Source of the DNA: a virus
Lineage: Duplodnaviria > Caudoviricetes
IMG/VR virus record: IMGVR_UViG_3300005764_000017
Span: 1,483 to 65,482 of that record
Length of the DNA: 64,000 nt
Reading direction: 5' to 3' (one strand)
The translations under genes were made by a program, and so were the position numbers. Below the pieces are notes generated by a model that saw only the letters and a program-made list of their open reading frames with translations, was not told the origin of the DNA and searched no databases. Positions within the stretch are counted from its first letter, which is position 1, and every line of letters starts with the position of its first letter. Positions 26,264 to 34,635 of this stretch are shown here, piece after piece.

Positions 26264-29200
26264 ATGGCGATAGCCCGTCCCACCCTGCGCTCTCGCGCGG
26301 TCGCCGCCGTGAGGGCCTTCACGGGACAGCCGCCGACCCTGAAGGACATCTGGGGCCAGGGCTGGCGCGACTTCATGGGCATCGGCTCGGGCTCGGGCGG
26401 TGCCGGCGTCCAGGAGTACAACGACCAGCCCGACGACTTCAACCGCGCCTACTCCGCCGAGAGCTACGCGTTCACGGCCGAGCAGACCCGCCTGAAGGCC
26501 GTCCGCCAGGTCCCGCTGAAGGTCTGGCAGACCGACGCTCAGGGCAACCGCAAGGCGATCGACCACGACGCGCTCGCCGTGCTGGACCAGACCAACCCAT
26601 ATGGGTACGTGGCCGGCATCCCGGCGCTGATGAGCTACACGCTCTGGTCACTCGACTTCCACGGCCGCAACGCCTGGCGGTTCGCGTTCAGTCGATCCAA
26701 GCAGCCGACCGAAATCTACTGGCAGCTCCCGACCACGTACACGCCGCTCCCGGACGAGTCGAAGCCCATGCGGACGCTGGGCGGTATCCGGATGCACAAC
26801 GGCCAGACCATCCCGGCCGAGGAGTTGGCCTACTACGCGACGGTCAGCCCGTCCGACCCGCTGCTCGGCCTCAGCAAGATCAAGGTTCTGAAGGACGCGC
26901 TCAATCTGCGCGCCTACAGCCAGGCCAACAACATCGCGTTCTTCCTGAACTCGATGCGGCCGGACTGGATCCTGAGCGGGTCGTGGTCGAACACCGAGGA
27001 CAACATCAACCGCATCCGGCGGGCCATCCGGCGAATGCTCTCCGGAGCCAACAACCGGGCCCCGCTCATCCTCGGCGAAGGGGCGACCGCCCACTTGCTG
27101 ACGACCTCACACGAGGATGCGCAGTGGGTCCAGCAGATGCGGATGGTGCAGGAGGAGGTGTCAGCGGCGTTCGGGGTACCGCTCGTGTACCTCAACAACC
27201 TCGAGCGGATGACGTACGACAACGTCAAGACCGCCAAGCTGATCCTCTGGCACGACACGATGATCCCGGAGTGCGACGAACTGGCGCGCTTCCTGGACCT
27301 CCAGTTCCTGTGGCGCTTCTGGCCCGGCACCCGCGAGTCGCGCATCGCGTTCGGGTTCGACTACGACGAGATCGAGGGGCTTGGCGAAGACCTCGCGCTG
27401 ATCTGGGAGCGGGCGATGAAGCTCCTCGCCCAGGTCGACCAGCAGGTTCGCTATCGCCAGCTCACTCCGAACCAGGCCCGAGTCCTCTACGCCAAGGTGC
27501 TCGCCGACTTGGGCCTGGACCCGTCGCCGTACACGGGCGACGTCCCGATGGGCGACACGTTCCTCGAGCAGTTCCAGTACGTCCCCGTCGACCAGCTGAG
27601 CGTCCAGACGGTCATGGATGTCTGGGCGATGCGTGGCCAGAACCCCGAGTTCGTCGAGAGCGTCCCGGGGGCCGAGAACGCCGGCACGAACGCCGACGCG
27701 GTCGCCGAGCGGCTGAACAAGCCACCCGAGCCGCCGCAGCTTCCTCCCGGCGCCCCGCCGGGTGCGCTGCCGCCCGGACCTGGTAGCCAGCCGCCTGCTG
27801 CACCGCCCGCGCCGGCCCCGAAGCCTGCGGCCGACCCGCAGAAGGCTGTCGACCCGGATGCACTACGCGCCGAGATCGTGGCCGACATCCGAGGGGAGAT
27901 CGAGAAGGCTGTCGGCAAGGCTGCGGTGGACGCATTCGGCCGCGAACTCCAGGCGCAGCAGCAGCGGGCCTCGGACTCGGAGCGGAAGCGGCGAGCACTT
28001 CGGCGCTACTTCCAAGACCAGAAGACCGACGTGCTCCGCACGATGCGCCAGGCCAAGGGTGAGCTCCCGTCCGACCTCTACAGCCGGGGCGTCTACCGCG
28101 GACGACTCGAGGAGCTGGTCGGCGAAGAGGTTGCGGATCACGTCGAGCGGGAGACGCAGCAGGCGCTGAAGGCGGCCGTGTCCGGCGGCACCTCTGCCGT
28201 GGTCGCGCTGTACCAGGACGCCATCGACCGGCGGGCGGATGAGATCGCGGCCAAGGCGTACAGCCCGGAGACGGAGCCGCGCGACCCCAAGCACATGCAC
28301 GACTACGGGCAGAACCAGAAGCCCGTGCTCAGCTTCGACCTGCACCACACGCTGACGCTCGACGCTGGCTTCCCGCTCGTCTCGCCGCCGTTCCCCGGGG
28401 TGCGTCAGTTCCTGAACCTGATGGCGGCGCGAGGGTGCTGCGTGCACATCTCCACGGCCAGCCTCGACGAGACGGACCCGGACATCTGCAAGGTCCGGAA
28501 GTCACAGATCGAGGACTGGTGCGCAAGGTACGGGCTTCCGGTCTCCTATGTCTGTTCGAATTCCCACGCCGATGTCCGGGTGGACGACCGCGGCATCAAT
28601 GTGCCGAAGGATCCCGACTGGGGCTCTATCGCGGCGGTCGCGGAGCTGCAGCTCGGCGCGACCCACGAACTCGATGAGGATGGACAGTACGCGCGCCGGA
28701 AGGATCTGGCCCCGGTCGGCGAGCGGCGCGAGACCTGGCCCAAGCTGTCGAGCGTCCCGGCCGACCGGCCGCGCGGCTTCTCGACGCCGATGGTGGACAT
28801 CGATGTCCATCGGACGCTGGACCCGGCGTGGGGCACCGGCCGTGTCCCTCAGGCACCGGACCCGCAGGCGGTCGCCATCGTCCGCGGGCTCTACGAGGCT
28901 GGCTACCAGATCCAGTTCTCGTGCGCCGGCTGGAATCCGGCACTCGACGTGGACGGCGGCGGCCCAGACCGCCTGGCCGGCATCGTCCAGTACCTGCTGA
29001 CGTACGACATCCCGTACGACCGGGTGGTCTCGAAGGATGACTACGACGTCCGCTTCGACGACAAAGCGATCCCGTTCACCACGTGGCCGGAGGTGCGAGC
29101 GGCCGTGCTCGCGAAGGTCGGCCCGCCGCGAGCGAAGGGCCAGCCGCCCCCTTTCGTCAAGGCGGCCGGTGAGCCGCCGCCCGTCGCCAGCCGGTACCTA

Positions 29201-29959
29201 CACGAGCCGATCACGCGAGCGGAGGATCACTACGCCGACCGGGTGAGGGCGGCGCTCCATCAGGGACTGGACGCTCAGGTCGTCGCGAGCGACTGGCTGA
29301 TGCGGCAGATGAGCTCGAAGGCCGCGGCCCGGCCGATGCCGGACCTGGTCCAGTCGGCGCTGAGCTGGCTGCAGAGCCTCGGGCTCAGCTTCGCCGCCCT
29401 GGTCGACGTCCTGCACGGCGTCTACCGCGACGGCTGGACGCTGGGACGCGCGGCCGCGCAGCGGGCCGCAGACGCGAAGGGGTTTGACTTCCCGCCGCCG
29501 GACAGCGGTATCGACTGGTCCGCCTGGCAGCCTGGCAGCGAGCTGGCCGCCGAGGAGGCCCTGGGGCTGAAGGAGCTGCTCCAGGACGTCGATATCACCA
29601 TCCAGGGCGTCAACGACACGACGCTGGAGGAGATCGCGTCCCGCCTGGCGACCGGCGCCGCCAACGGCGACTCGGTGGCCACCATCGCGGACTCGCTGGA
29701 GGAGTTCTTCGACGGCAGCCGCGCCGAGGCCATCGCCCACACCGAGCTCAACCGGGCGATGTCGGCGTCCAGCCTGTCCACCTACCTGGAGAACGGCATC
29801 CCGGCGAAGTCGTGGATGGTGTGGCAGCCCTGTCCGATCTGTGCCGAGAACGCGGCGGCAGGCGTCATCCCGGTCGACCAAAGCTTCCCGAGCGGCGACA
29901 AGGCGCCGCCGGCGCACCCTCGCTGCCGGTGCTCGATCGTCCCGGATCGGTTGTCCTGA
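26264..29959 (+). CDS. portal protein fused to two HAD-like domains and a MuF (SPP1 gp7) domain
   Basis: HK97 portal (GLSKIKVL, FFLNSMRP, VSAAFGVPLVYL, TYDNVKTA); FDLHHTL..DVRVDDR and DIDVHRTL..DVRFDDK; MuF end AEAIAHTE..CPIC..PPAHPRCRC. Alternative start 26225. Confidence 0.85.
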   Translation: MAIARPTLRSRAVAAVRAFTGQPPTLKDIWGQGWRDFMGIGSGSGGAGVQEYNDQPDDFNRAYSAESYAFTAEQTRLKAVRQVPLKVWQTDAQGNRKAIDHDALAVLDQTNPYGYVAGIPALMSYTLWSLDFHGRNAWRFAFSRSKQPTEIYWQLPTTYTPLPDESKPMRTLGGIRMHNGQTIPAEELAYYATVSPSDPLLGLSKIKVLKDALNLRAYSQANNIAFFLNSMRPDWILSGSWSNTEDNINRIRRAIRRMLSGANNRAPLILGEGATAHLLTTSHEDAQWVQQMRMVQEEVSAAFGVPLVYLNNLERMTYDNVKTAKLILWHDTMIPECDELARFLDLQFLWRFWPGTRESRIAFGFDYDEIEGLGEDLALIWERAMKLLAQVDQQVRYRQLTPNQARVLYAKVLADLGLDPSPYTGDVPMGDTFLEQFQYVPVDQLSVQTVMDVWAMRGQNPEFVESVPGAENAGTNADAVAERLNKPPEPPQLPPGAPPGALPPGPGSQPPAAPPAPAPKPAADPQKAVDPDALRAEIVADIRGEIEKAVGKAAVDAFGRELQAQQQRASDSERKRRALRRYFQDQKTDVLRTMRQAKGELPSDLYSRGVYRGRLEELVGEEVADHVERETQQALKAAVSGGTSAVVALYQDAIDRRADEIAAKAYSPETEPRDPKHMHDYGQNQKPVLSFDLHHTLTLDAGFPLVSPPFPGVRQFLNLMAARGCCVHISTASLDETDPDICKVRKSQIEDWCARYGLPVSYVCSNSHADVRVDDRGINVPKDPDWGSIAAVAELQLGATHELDEDGQYARRKDLAPVGERRETWPKLSSVPADRPRGFSTPMVDIDVHRTLDPAWGTGRVPQAPDPQAVAIVRGLYEAGYQIQFSCAGWNPALDVDGGGPDRLAGIVQYLLTYDIPYDRVVSKDDYDVRFDDKAIPFTTWPEVRAAVLAKVGPPRAKGQPPPFVKAAGEPPPVASRYLHEPITRAEDHYADRVRAALHQGLDAQVVASDWLMRQMSSKAAARPMPDLVQSALSWLQSLGLSFAALVDVLHGVYRDGWTLGRAAAQRAADAKGFDFPPPDSGIDWSAWQPGSELAAEEALGLKELLQDVDITIQGVNDTTLEEIASRLATGAANGDSVATIADSLEEFFDGSRAEAIAHTELNRAMSASSLSTYLENGIPAKSWMVWQPCPICAENAAAGVIPVDQSFPSGDKAPPAHPRCRCSIVPDRLS

Positions 29960-30071
29960 GCGTCGCGGCCAGCCTCGTCTGCTGGCTGCGTGGACACGAT
30001 CCCATGTGGGGCTGCATCTGCGCACGCTGCCTCGACCCCATCAGGTACTTCGACGGCCGTTGGTGGGTGGC

Positions 30072-30575
30072 GTGAAGGTCGTCGTCCCCTACGTCCACCT
30101 CCACCCGGCCACGGTGGCGGCGCTCGAGCGGGACGGCATCGAAGCCCGCTATGTGGACGTCTCGTCCGACGTCGAGGACGCCTGGCAGCTCCTGGCTGAG
30201 TGCTGGGCAGCGGGCGAGGGCTTCGCGGTCGTCGAGCAGGACAAGGTCCCGGCACCGGGCGCGCTGCCAGCGCTCATCGACTGCCCCGAGCGCTGGTGCG
30301 CCTACCCGGTGTCGATGCAGAGCGGGACGTACGCCGGCTTCCCGACGCTCTCCTGCGCCAAGTTCGCGGGCGACCTCATGGCCCGCTGGCCGGACCTGAT
30401 GAACCACGTGGGGGGGACGTTCATGGGCGTGCTCGGTGGCCAGTCCATCACCGGCCGGCACTACGCCCGCCTCGACATGGCCGTCGCGCTCTGGGTGGCG
30501 CGCCGGAGCGGACCCGTTCACTGGCACCCGGCCGGCATGGTCGAGCACCTTCACCAATCCGAGGAGTCGTCATGA
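30072..30575 (+). CDS. small GT-A-like glycosyltransferase
   Basis: VVVPY, FAVVEQDKVP, CPERWCAY, LSCAKF; paralogous to middle domain of 34632-36443. Confidence 0.6.
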   Translation: MKVVVPYVHLHPATVAALERDGIEARYVDVSSDVEDAWQLLAECWAAGEGFAVVEQDKVPAPGALPALIDCPERWCAYPVSMQSGTYAGFPTLSCAKFAGDLMARWPDLMNHVGGTFMGVLGGQSITGRHYARLDMAVALWVARRSGPVHWHPAGMVEHLHQSEESS

Positions 30576-32335
30576 TCCGCAAGAGCTTCGCGGTGCTGCC
30601 CGGCACGACCAAGGTGCTCGATGCCGACCAGGGCATCGTGGAGGGATGGGTAAACAGCACGGCCGTGGTGGACGCCCAGCGGGACATCATGGAGCCCGGC
30701 TGCTGGGCAGACGTCTGCAAGGCGGCGACCGACGGGAAGGTCGCGCACCCCTCGACCGTCTGGGGCCATGACTGGAACATCACCACGGGCAAGGTCCTCA
30801 GCGCCCAGGAGTACGCGCCCGGCTCGCCCGAGATCCCCGACGAGATCCGTGAGATGGGCGCCGGGTCGGTCAAGATCCGGGCGCAGTACAACCTGGAGAC
30901 CCAACGCGGCCGGGAGGCGTTCTCCGACGTCAAGTTCGGCGCCATCCGCCAGTGGTCGGTCGGCTTCCTGCCCGACGAGTCCACCATCCGCTACGACTCC
31001 AAAGGTGTCCGTCACATCGGCAAGGTCGCCGAGTGGCCGGAGGTCTCGAACGTGCTCATGGGCGCGTCCCCGGGCACCATGACGGCCTCGGTGAAGGCCA
31101 CTCCGGCCGAGGGCCGCAAGGAGCGCACCGCGGACCGGCTGGCACGGGCTCGGGCCATGGTGGAGGCGTTCAAGGCCGAGTGGTCGACGGCCTTCATCAA
31201 CAAGCTCCCCGACTCGGCGTTCGCCTACATCGAGCCGGGCGGGAAGAAGGACGACGACGGCCGGACGACACCGCGGTCGCTCCGACACTTCCCGCACCAC
31301 GGCGAGGACGGCGGCGTCGACCTCCCCCACCTCCGCAACGCGCTCTCTCGCGCGGCGCAGGAGGCTGCGGAGTTCGGCGACAAGGCCCTACCCCACCTGG
31401 AGAAGCACGCCAAGGCCGAGGGCATCGGCGACGACGACGGGAAGGCTGTCGCGCAGGCTGGGCAGAAGGCAGGCCACAGCCACTATCACGTCCACCCCGA
31501 CGGCACCGCGCACACGCGCGCGCGCGCCCACGGCCCGGACGTCGCAGCTCACGACGGGCCCGCCGAGAAGGTCCCCCATCAGCACGGCCACGCACCCGCA
31601 GGGGAGCCGGACACCGCAGAGCCGAAGGCGGCGATGTGCTGCGACGACTGCAAGGGCCAGGACTGCCCCGGCTGCTGCGACGCCTGCTGCCACGGAGCCG
31701 CGAAAGCGGCCAAGGCAGGCGGCGGACTGCCCGGCGACCCGCCCGGGGTGCCGTACATGACCGGCGACGAGGCTCAGCACAACGGCCCGCTGCTGCAGGT
31801 GCTGGACGGCATCAACACGCTCATCGCCCAGGAGATCGGCGAGGGCGGCTACACCGAGTATCAGGACATCATCCGGCTCTGCTGCCTCGCCCAGGACGCC
31901 ATCTCGTGGGCGGCTGGCGAGGCGAACGAGTACGGCGATATGGGCATGTACTCGATCTGGGACCTCTTCGCCGCCGGGAGGGAGGCGCTGAGCTCCAAGA
32001 CCGAGGCCGAGAAGGCGGCGGCGCTCATCGAGCAGGCCGCCGTCGAGGGACGCCTCCCCGCCTGGCTGAAGGCGGCAATCACGGCAATCTCCGAGGCCCC
32101 GCCGACGTCATCTCACCACCCCAATCCTGCACAGGGCGAAGGTGACGGCCTCGACTGGGAAGGGCGCTTCGTGGACGGCTTCGCCGGTCACTCGCTGGGG
32201 CTGCACTTGTGGCTCCAGAACGACTTGCGCGGAGAGCACGAGCCCAAGCGCACGCCCGTGGACCCAGAGGCACTGGACGGGCCGCCCGCCGAATGGACGG
32301 ACCGATTCACGAGCCCCTGGCGTCAGCAGCAGTAG
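30572..32335 (+). CDS. HK97-type prohead protease with long C-terminal extension
   Basis: VEGWVNSTAVVDAQRDIM, VWGHDW, QWSVGF, WPEVSNVLMGASP; then LPDSAFAY..RHFPHH domain, His-rich and Cys-rich segments. Confidence 0.85.
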   Translation: MIRKSFAVLPGTTKVLDADQGIVEGWVNSTAVVDAQRDIMEPGCWADVCKAATDGKVAHPSTVWGHDWNITTGKVLSAQEYAPGSPEIPDEIREMGAGSVKIRAQYNLETQRGREAFSDVKFGAIRQWSVGFLPDESTIRYDSKGVRHIGKVAEWPEVSNVLMGASPGTMTASVKATPAEGRKERTADRLARARAMVEAFKAEWSTAFINKLPDSAFAYIEPGGKKDDDGRTTPRSLRHFPHHGEDGGVDLPHLRNALSRAAQEAAEFGDKALPHLEKHAKAEGIGDDDGKAVAQAGQKAGHSHYHVHPDGTAHTRARAHGPDVAAHDGPAEKVPHQHGHAPAGEPDTAEPKAAMCCDDCKGQDCPGCCDACCHGAAKAAKAGGGLPGDPPGVPYMTGDEAQHNGPLLQVLDGINTLIAQEIGEGGYTEYQDIIRLCCLAQDAISWAAGEANEYGDMGMYSIWDLFAAGREALSSKTEAEKAAALIEQAAVEGRLPAWLKAAITAISEAPPTSSHHPNPAQGEGDGLDWEGRFVDGFAGHSLGLHLWLQNDLRGEHEPKRTPVDPEALDGPPAEWTDRFTSPWRQQQ

Positions 32336-32375
32336 CCCGCCGGCCAGGCCGGCACGTCACGACAGGAGACCCACC

Positions 32376-33893
32376 ATGGGCAATGCGACCGAGCCCGAGG
32401 TGCAGGTCGGCTACCTCGACAACCTCTCCCCGGAGGACCGCAAGGCCGCCGAAGCGCACATCGCGCACGTCAAGGCGCAGGTCCGCAGGGAGATCGAGAG
32501 CACGACCGACCCCAGCACCCGGCCTGGGTTCCAGCGCACCGCCGCCACCACGCCGGCGCCGGTGGACAAGAACGGCAACGTCGAGATCGACTTCGTCCGG
32601 TTCAAGGCGTACCAGCCGCCGACGGTCAACCGCGTCACCGGTGACATCCTCCGCCCGAAGGCAGGCGGGTTCCTGCCCCCGGGCGGCAACCTCGCGGGCT
32701 TCTCCGGCGACGAGCGCACAGAGGCGTTCAAGTCCGCGATCGAGGGCGGGTTCAACATCAACCTGTTCCCGCGCGGCGACATCGACAACTTCAGCGTCAC
32801 CCGGTGGGCCTGCGCGACCGAGCGCGCCCAGCACACGCTGGAGGGCGGCACGGCCTTCAAGCGGTGGGCGCCGTGGGAGTCGCAGTACTACTACGCGTGC
32901 GAGCAGCTCGCGCTGTCCAACAAGGCCATGGGCGACATGGTCTCGGGCCAGGACGGCGGCTTCCTCGCCCCCGAGGAGTGGTCCTCCAACTTCATCGACC
33001 AGCTCTACCCGCAGCTCGCGCTGAGCAAGCTGCCGATCAGCCGTATGAACATGGGCACGCGCATCGAGCGCATGCCCAAGCTGACGTCCAACGTCGCGGT
33101 GTTCTACGCGGCCGAGAACGCCGCGCTGGTCGCCAGCCAGGCCCAGCTCGCGCAGCTCTCGTTCACTGCCCGGAAGCAGACGTTCCTGGTCCAGATCAGC
33201 AACGAGCTGATCCGGGACTCGAACCCGGCGGCCGAGGGTGTGCTGCGGAACAACGCGACGCGCTACATGGCCATCGATCGGGACAAGCAGATCCTGATCG
33301 GCAACGGCCAGGGCGGCGCCCCGGTGGGCATCCTCAACTCGACCAACGTGTGCTCGACCTCGATCACGCCGTCGGGCACGACCTCGATCGCGGCGTTCGC
33401 CTCTGCCGGCGGCCACGCCGGTACGTCGCCGACGTACCAGGACTTCCTGAACGCGATCTACAACGTCGAGAACCTGAACGGCTCAACGAACGTCCCGCTT
33501 GCGCAGGCGCAGTGCACGGGCATCGTCGGCCCGGTGGCACTCAAGCCCCAGGTGCTGGCCATGAAGGACAGCAACGGTCGGCCGCTGTACGACTGGGGCA
33601 TCAACGCGATGCGGGGGACCAACCGGCTCGACGGCTCGACGATGCTGGACGGCCTGCTGGGGCTCCCCAACTTCGTGCTGACCAACATCCTGGCCGGCAC
33701 CGAGGGCTCCCGCGACGTGTTCTTCGGCGACTGGCAGCACGTCGTGCTGATGGAGCGCCAGGACATCGAGATCGTGTCTTCCAACGTCGCCGGCACGGCC
33801 TTCCAGAACGACCAGACGTGGGTGCGCGGAATCTCGCGCTACGACGTGGGCCTGGCCCACCCCGAGGCGTTCTACGTGGTCACGAACTGCTGA
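32376..33893 (+). CDS. major capsid protein (HK97 fold, copy B, canonical position)
   Basis: After protease, strong RBS; KAMGDMVSGQDGGFLAPEEW, ISNELIRDS, MKDSNGRPL, FFGDW, DQTWVRGISRYDVGLAHPEAF. Confidence 0.92.
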   Translation: MGNATEPEVQVGYLDNLSPEDRKAAEAHIAHVKAQVRREIESTTDPSTRPGFQRTAATTPAPVDKNGNVEIDFVRFKAYQPPTVNRVTGDILRPKAGGFLPPGGNLAGFSGDERTEAFKSAIEGGFNINLFPRGDIDNFSVTRWACATERAQHTLEGGTAFKRWAPWESQYYYACEQLALSNKAMGDMVSGQDGGFLAPEEWSSNFIDQLYPQLALSKLPISRMNMGTRIERMPKLTSNVAVFYAAENAALVASQAQLAQLSFTARKQTFLVQISNELIRDSNPAAEGVLRNNATRYMAIDRDKQILIGNGQGGAPVGILNSTNVCSTSITPSGTTSIAAFASAGGHAGTSPTYQDFLNAIYNVENLNGSTNVPLAQAQCTGIVGPVALKPQVLAMKDSNGRPLYDWGINAMRGTNRLDGSTMLDGLLGLPNFVLTNILAGTEGSRDVFFGDWQHVVLMERQDIEIVSSNVAGTAFQNDQTWVRGISRYDVGLAHPEAFYVVTNC

Positions 33894-33908
33894 GGAGGAG
33901 AGAGCAAC

Positions 33909-34304
33909 GTGATCCCCAACCAGAAGATCCTCAACGACACCCAGCTTCGGCTGACGTCGAACACGACCATCCAGGGCGCGGCCCAGAACAAGGGCACCGC
34001 GACCGACCTCACGCTCGTCATCCTGGCCGCTGGCGACGGCGCCAACCCCGTGGCCGGGACGGTGACCAACACCATCCAGGGGTCGAACCTGACCACGTCG
34101 GCTTCGTTCACCAATACGGTGACGGCCGACAAGGGCACCATCGTCAACACCACGGTGGCCGGGATGCAGGTGCTGCACTTCGCGCAGCTCCAGTTCCAGT
34201 ACTACCGCATCGCCCTGTCGGCGGCCGCGTCGACCACGGCGGACACGTCGGCAGTCTGGGTCTTCAGCGGACTTCAGGACAGCGTCGACAACACCGTCCA
34301 GTAG
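33909..34304 (+). CDS. putative capsid decoration protein
   Basis: Thr/Ala-rich 131 aa directly after MCP, strong RBS. Confidence 0.55.
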   Translation: MIPNQKILNDTQLRLTSNTTIQGAAQNKGTATDLTLVILAAGDGANPVAGTVTNTIQGSNLTTSASFTNTVTADKGTIVNTTVAGMQVLHFAQLQFQYYRIALSAAASTTADTSAVWVFSGLQDSVDNTVQ

Positions 34305-34311
34305 CACGTCC

Positions 34312-34375
34312 TGCTCGGGCGTCCGGGGAGGGCTTCGGCCCTCCTCGCGCCCGGGCCCCGCGCAACGCCCGAGCA
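34312..34375 (+). promoter_or_regulatory. nested RNA stem-loop (11-bp outer stem, inner C(UUCG)G hairpin)
   Basis: TGCTCGGGCGT/ACGCCCGAGCA enclosing GGAGGGC-TTCG-GCCCTCC. Confidence 0.5.
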
Positions 34376-34386
34376 CAGGAGTCCCC

Positions 34387-34635
34387 ATGTCTCACATCAC
34401 AGCCGCGGCCGACAAGCTGCCGGCCGAGATCGCGCAGGCGATCGAGGCGGCCGAGGCGCAGATCGAGTTTCTTCGGCACGTCGGTTCCATGAAGGTCGGC
34501 GATCAGCACGAGCTGACCGTAGCCGCCCTGCGGCCGATCACGCATATCCTGGGCCTGGAGCCCCAGCCTCCCGCGCTGCGCGGCGACATCCGACTGACCC
34601 TCTCGCGCACGGCAGACGGCTGGCGGGTGCAGTGA
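34387..34635 (+). CDS. hypothetical protein
   Basis: AGGAG RBS, coupled to GT gene. Confidence 0.55.
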   Translation: MSHITAAADKLPAEIAQAIEAAEAQIEFLRHVGSMKVGDQHELTVAALRPITHILGLEPQPPALRGDIRLTLSRTADGWRVQ

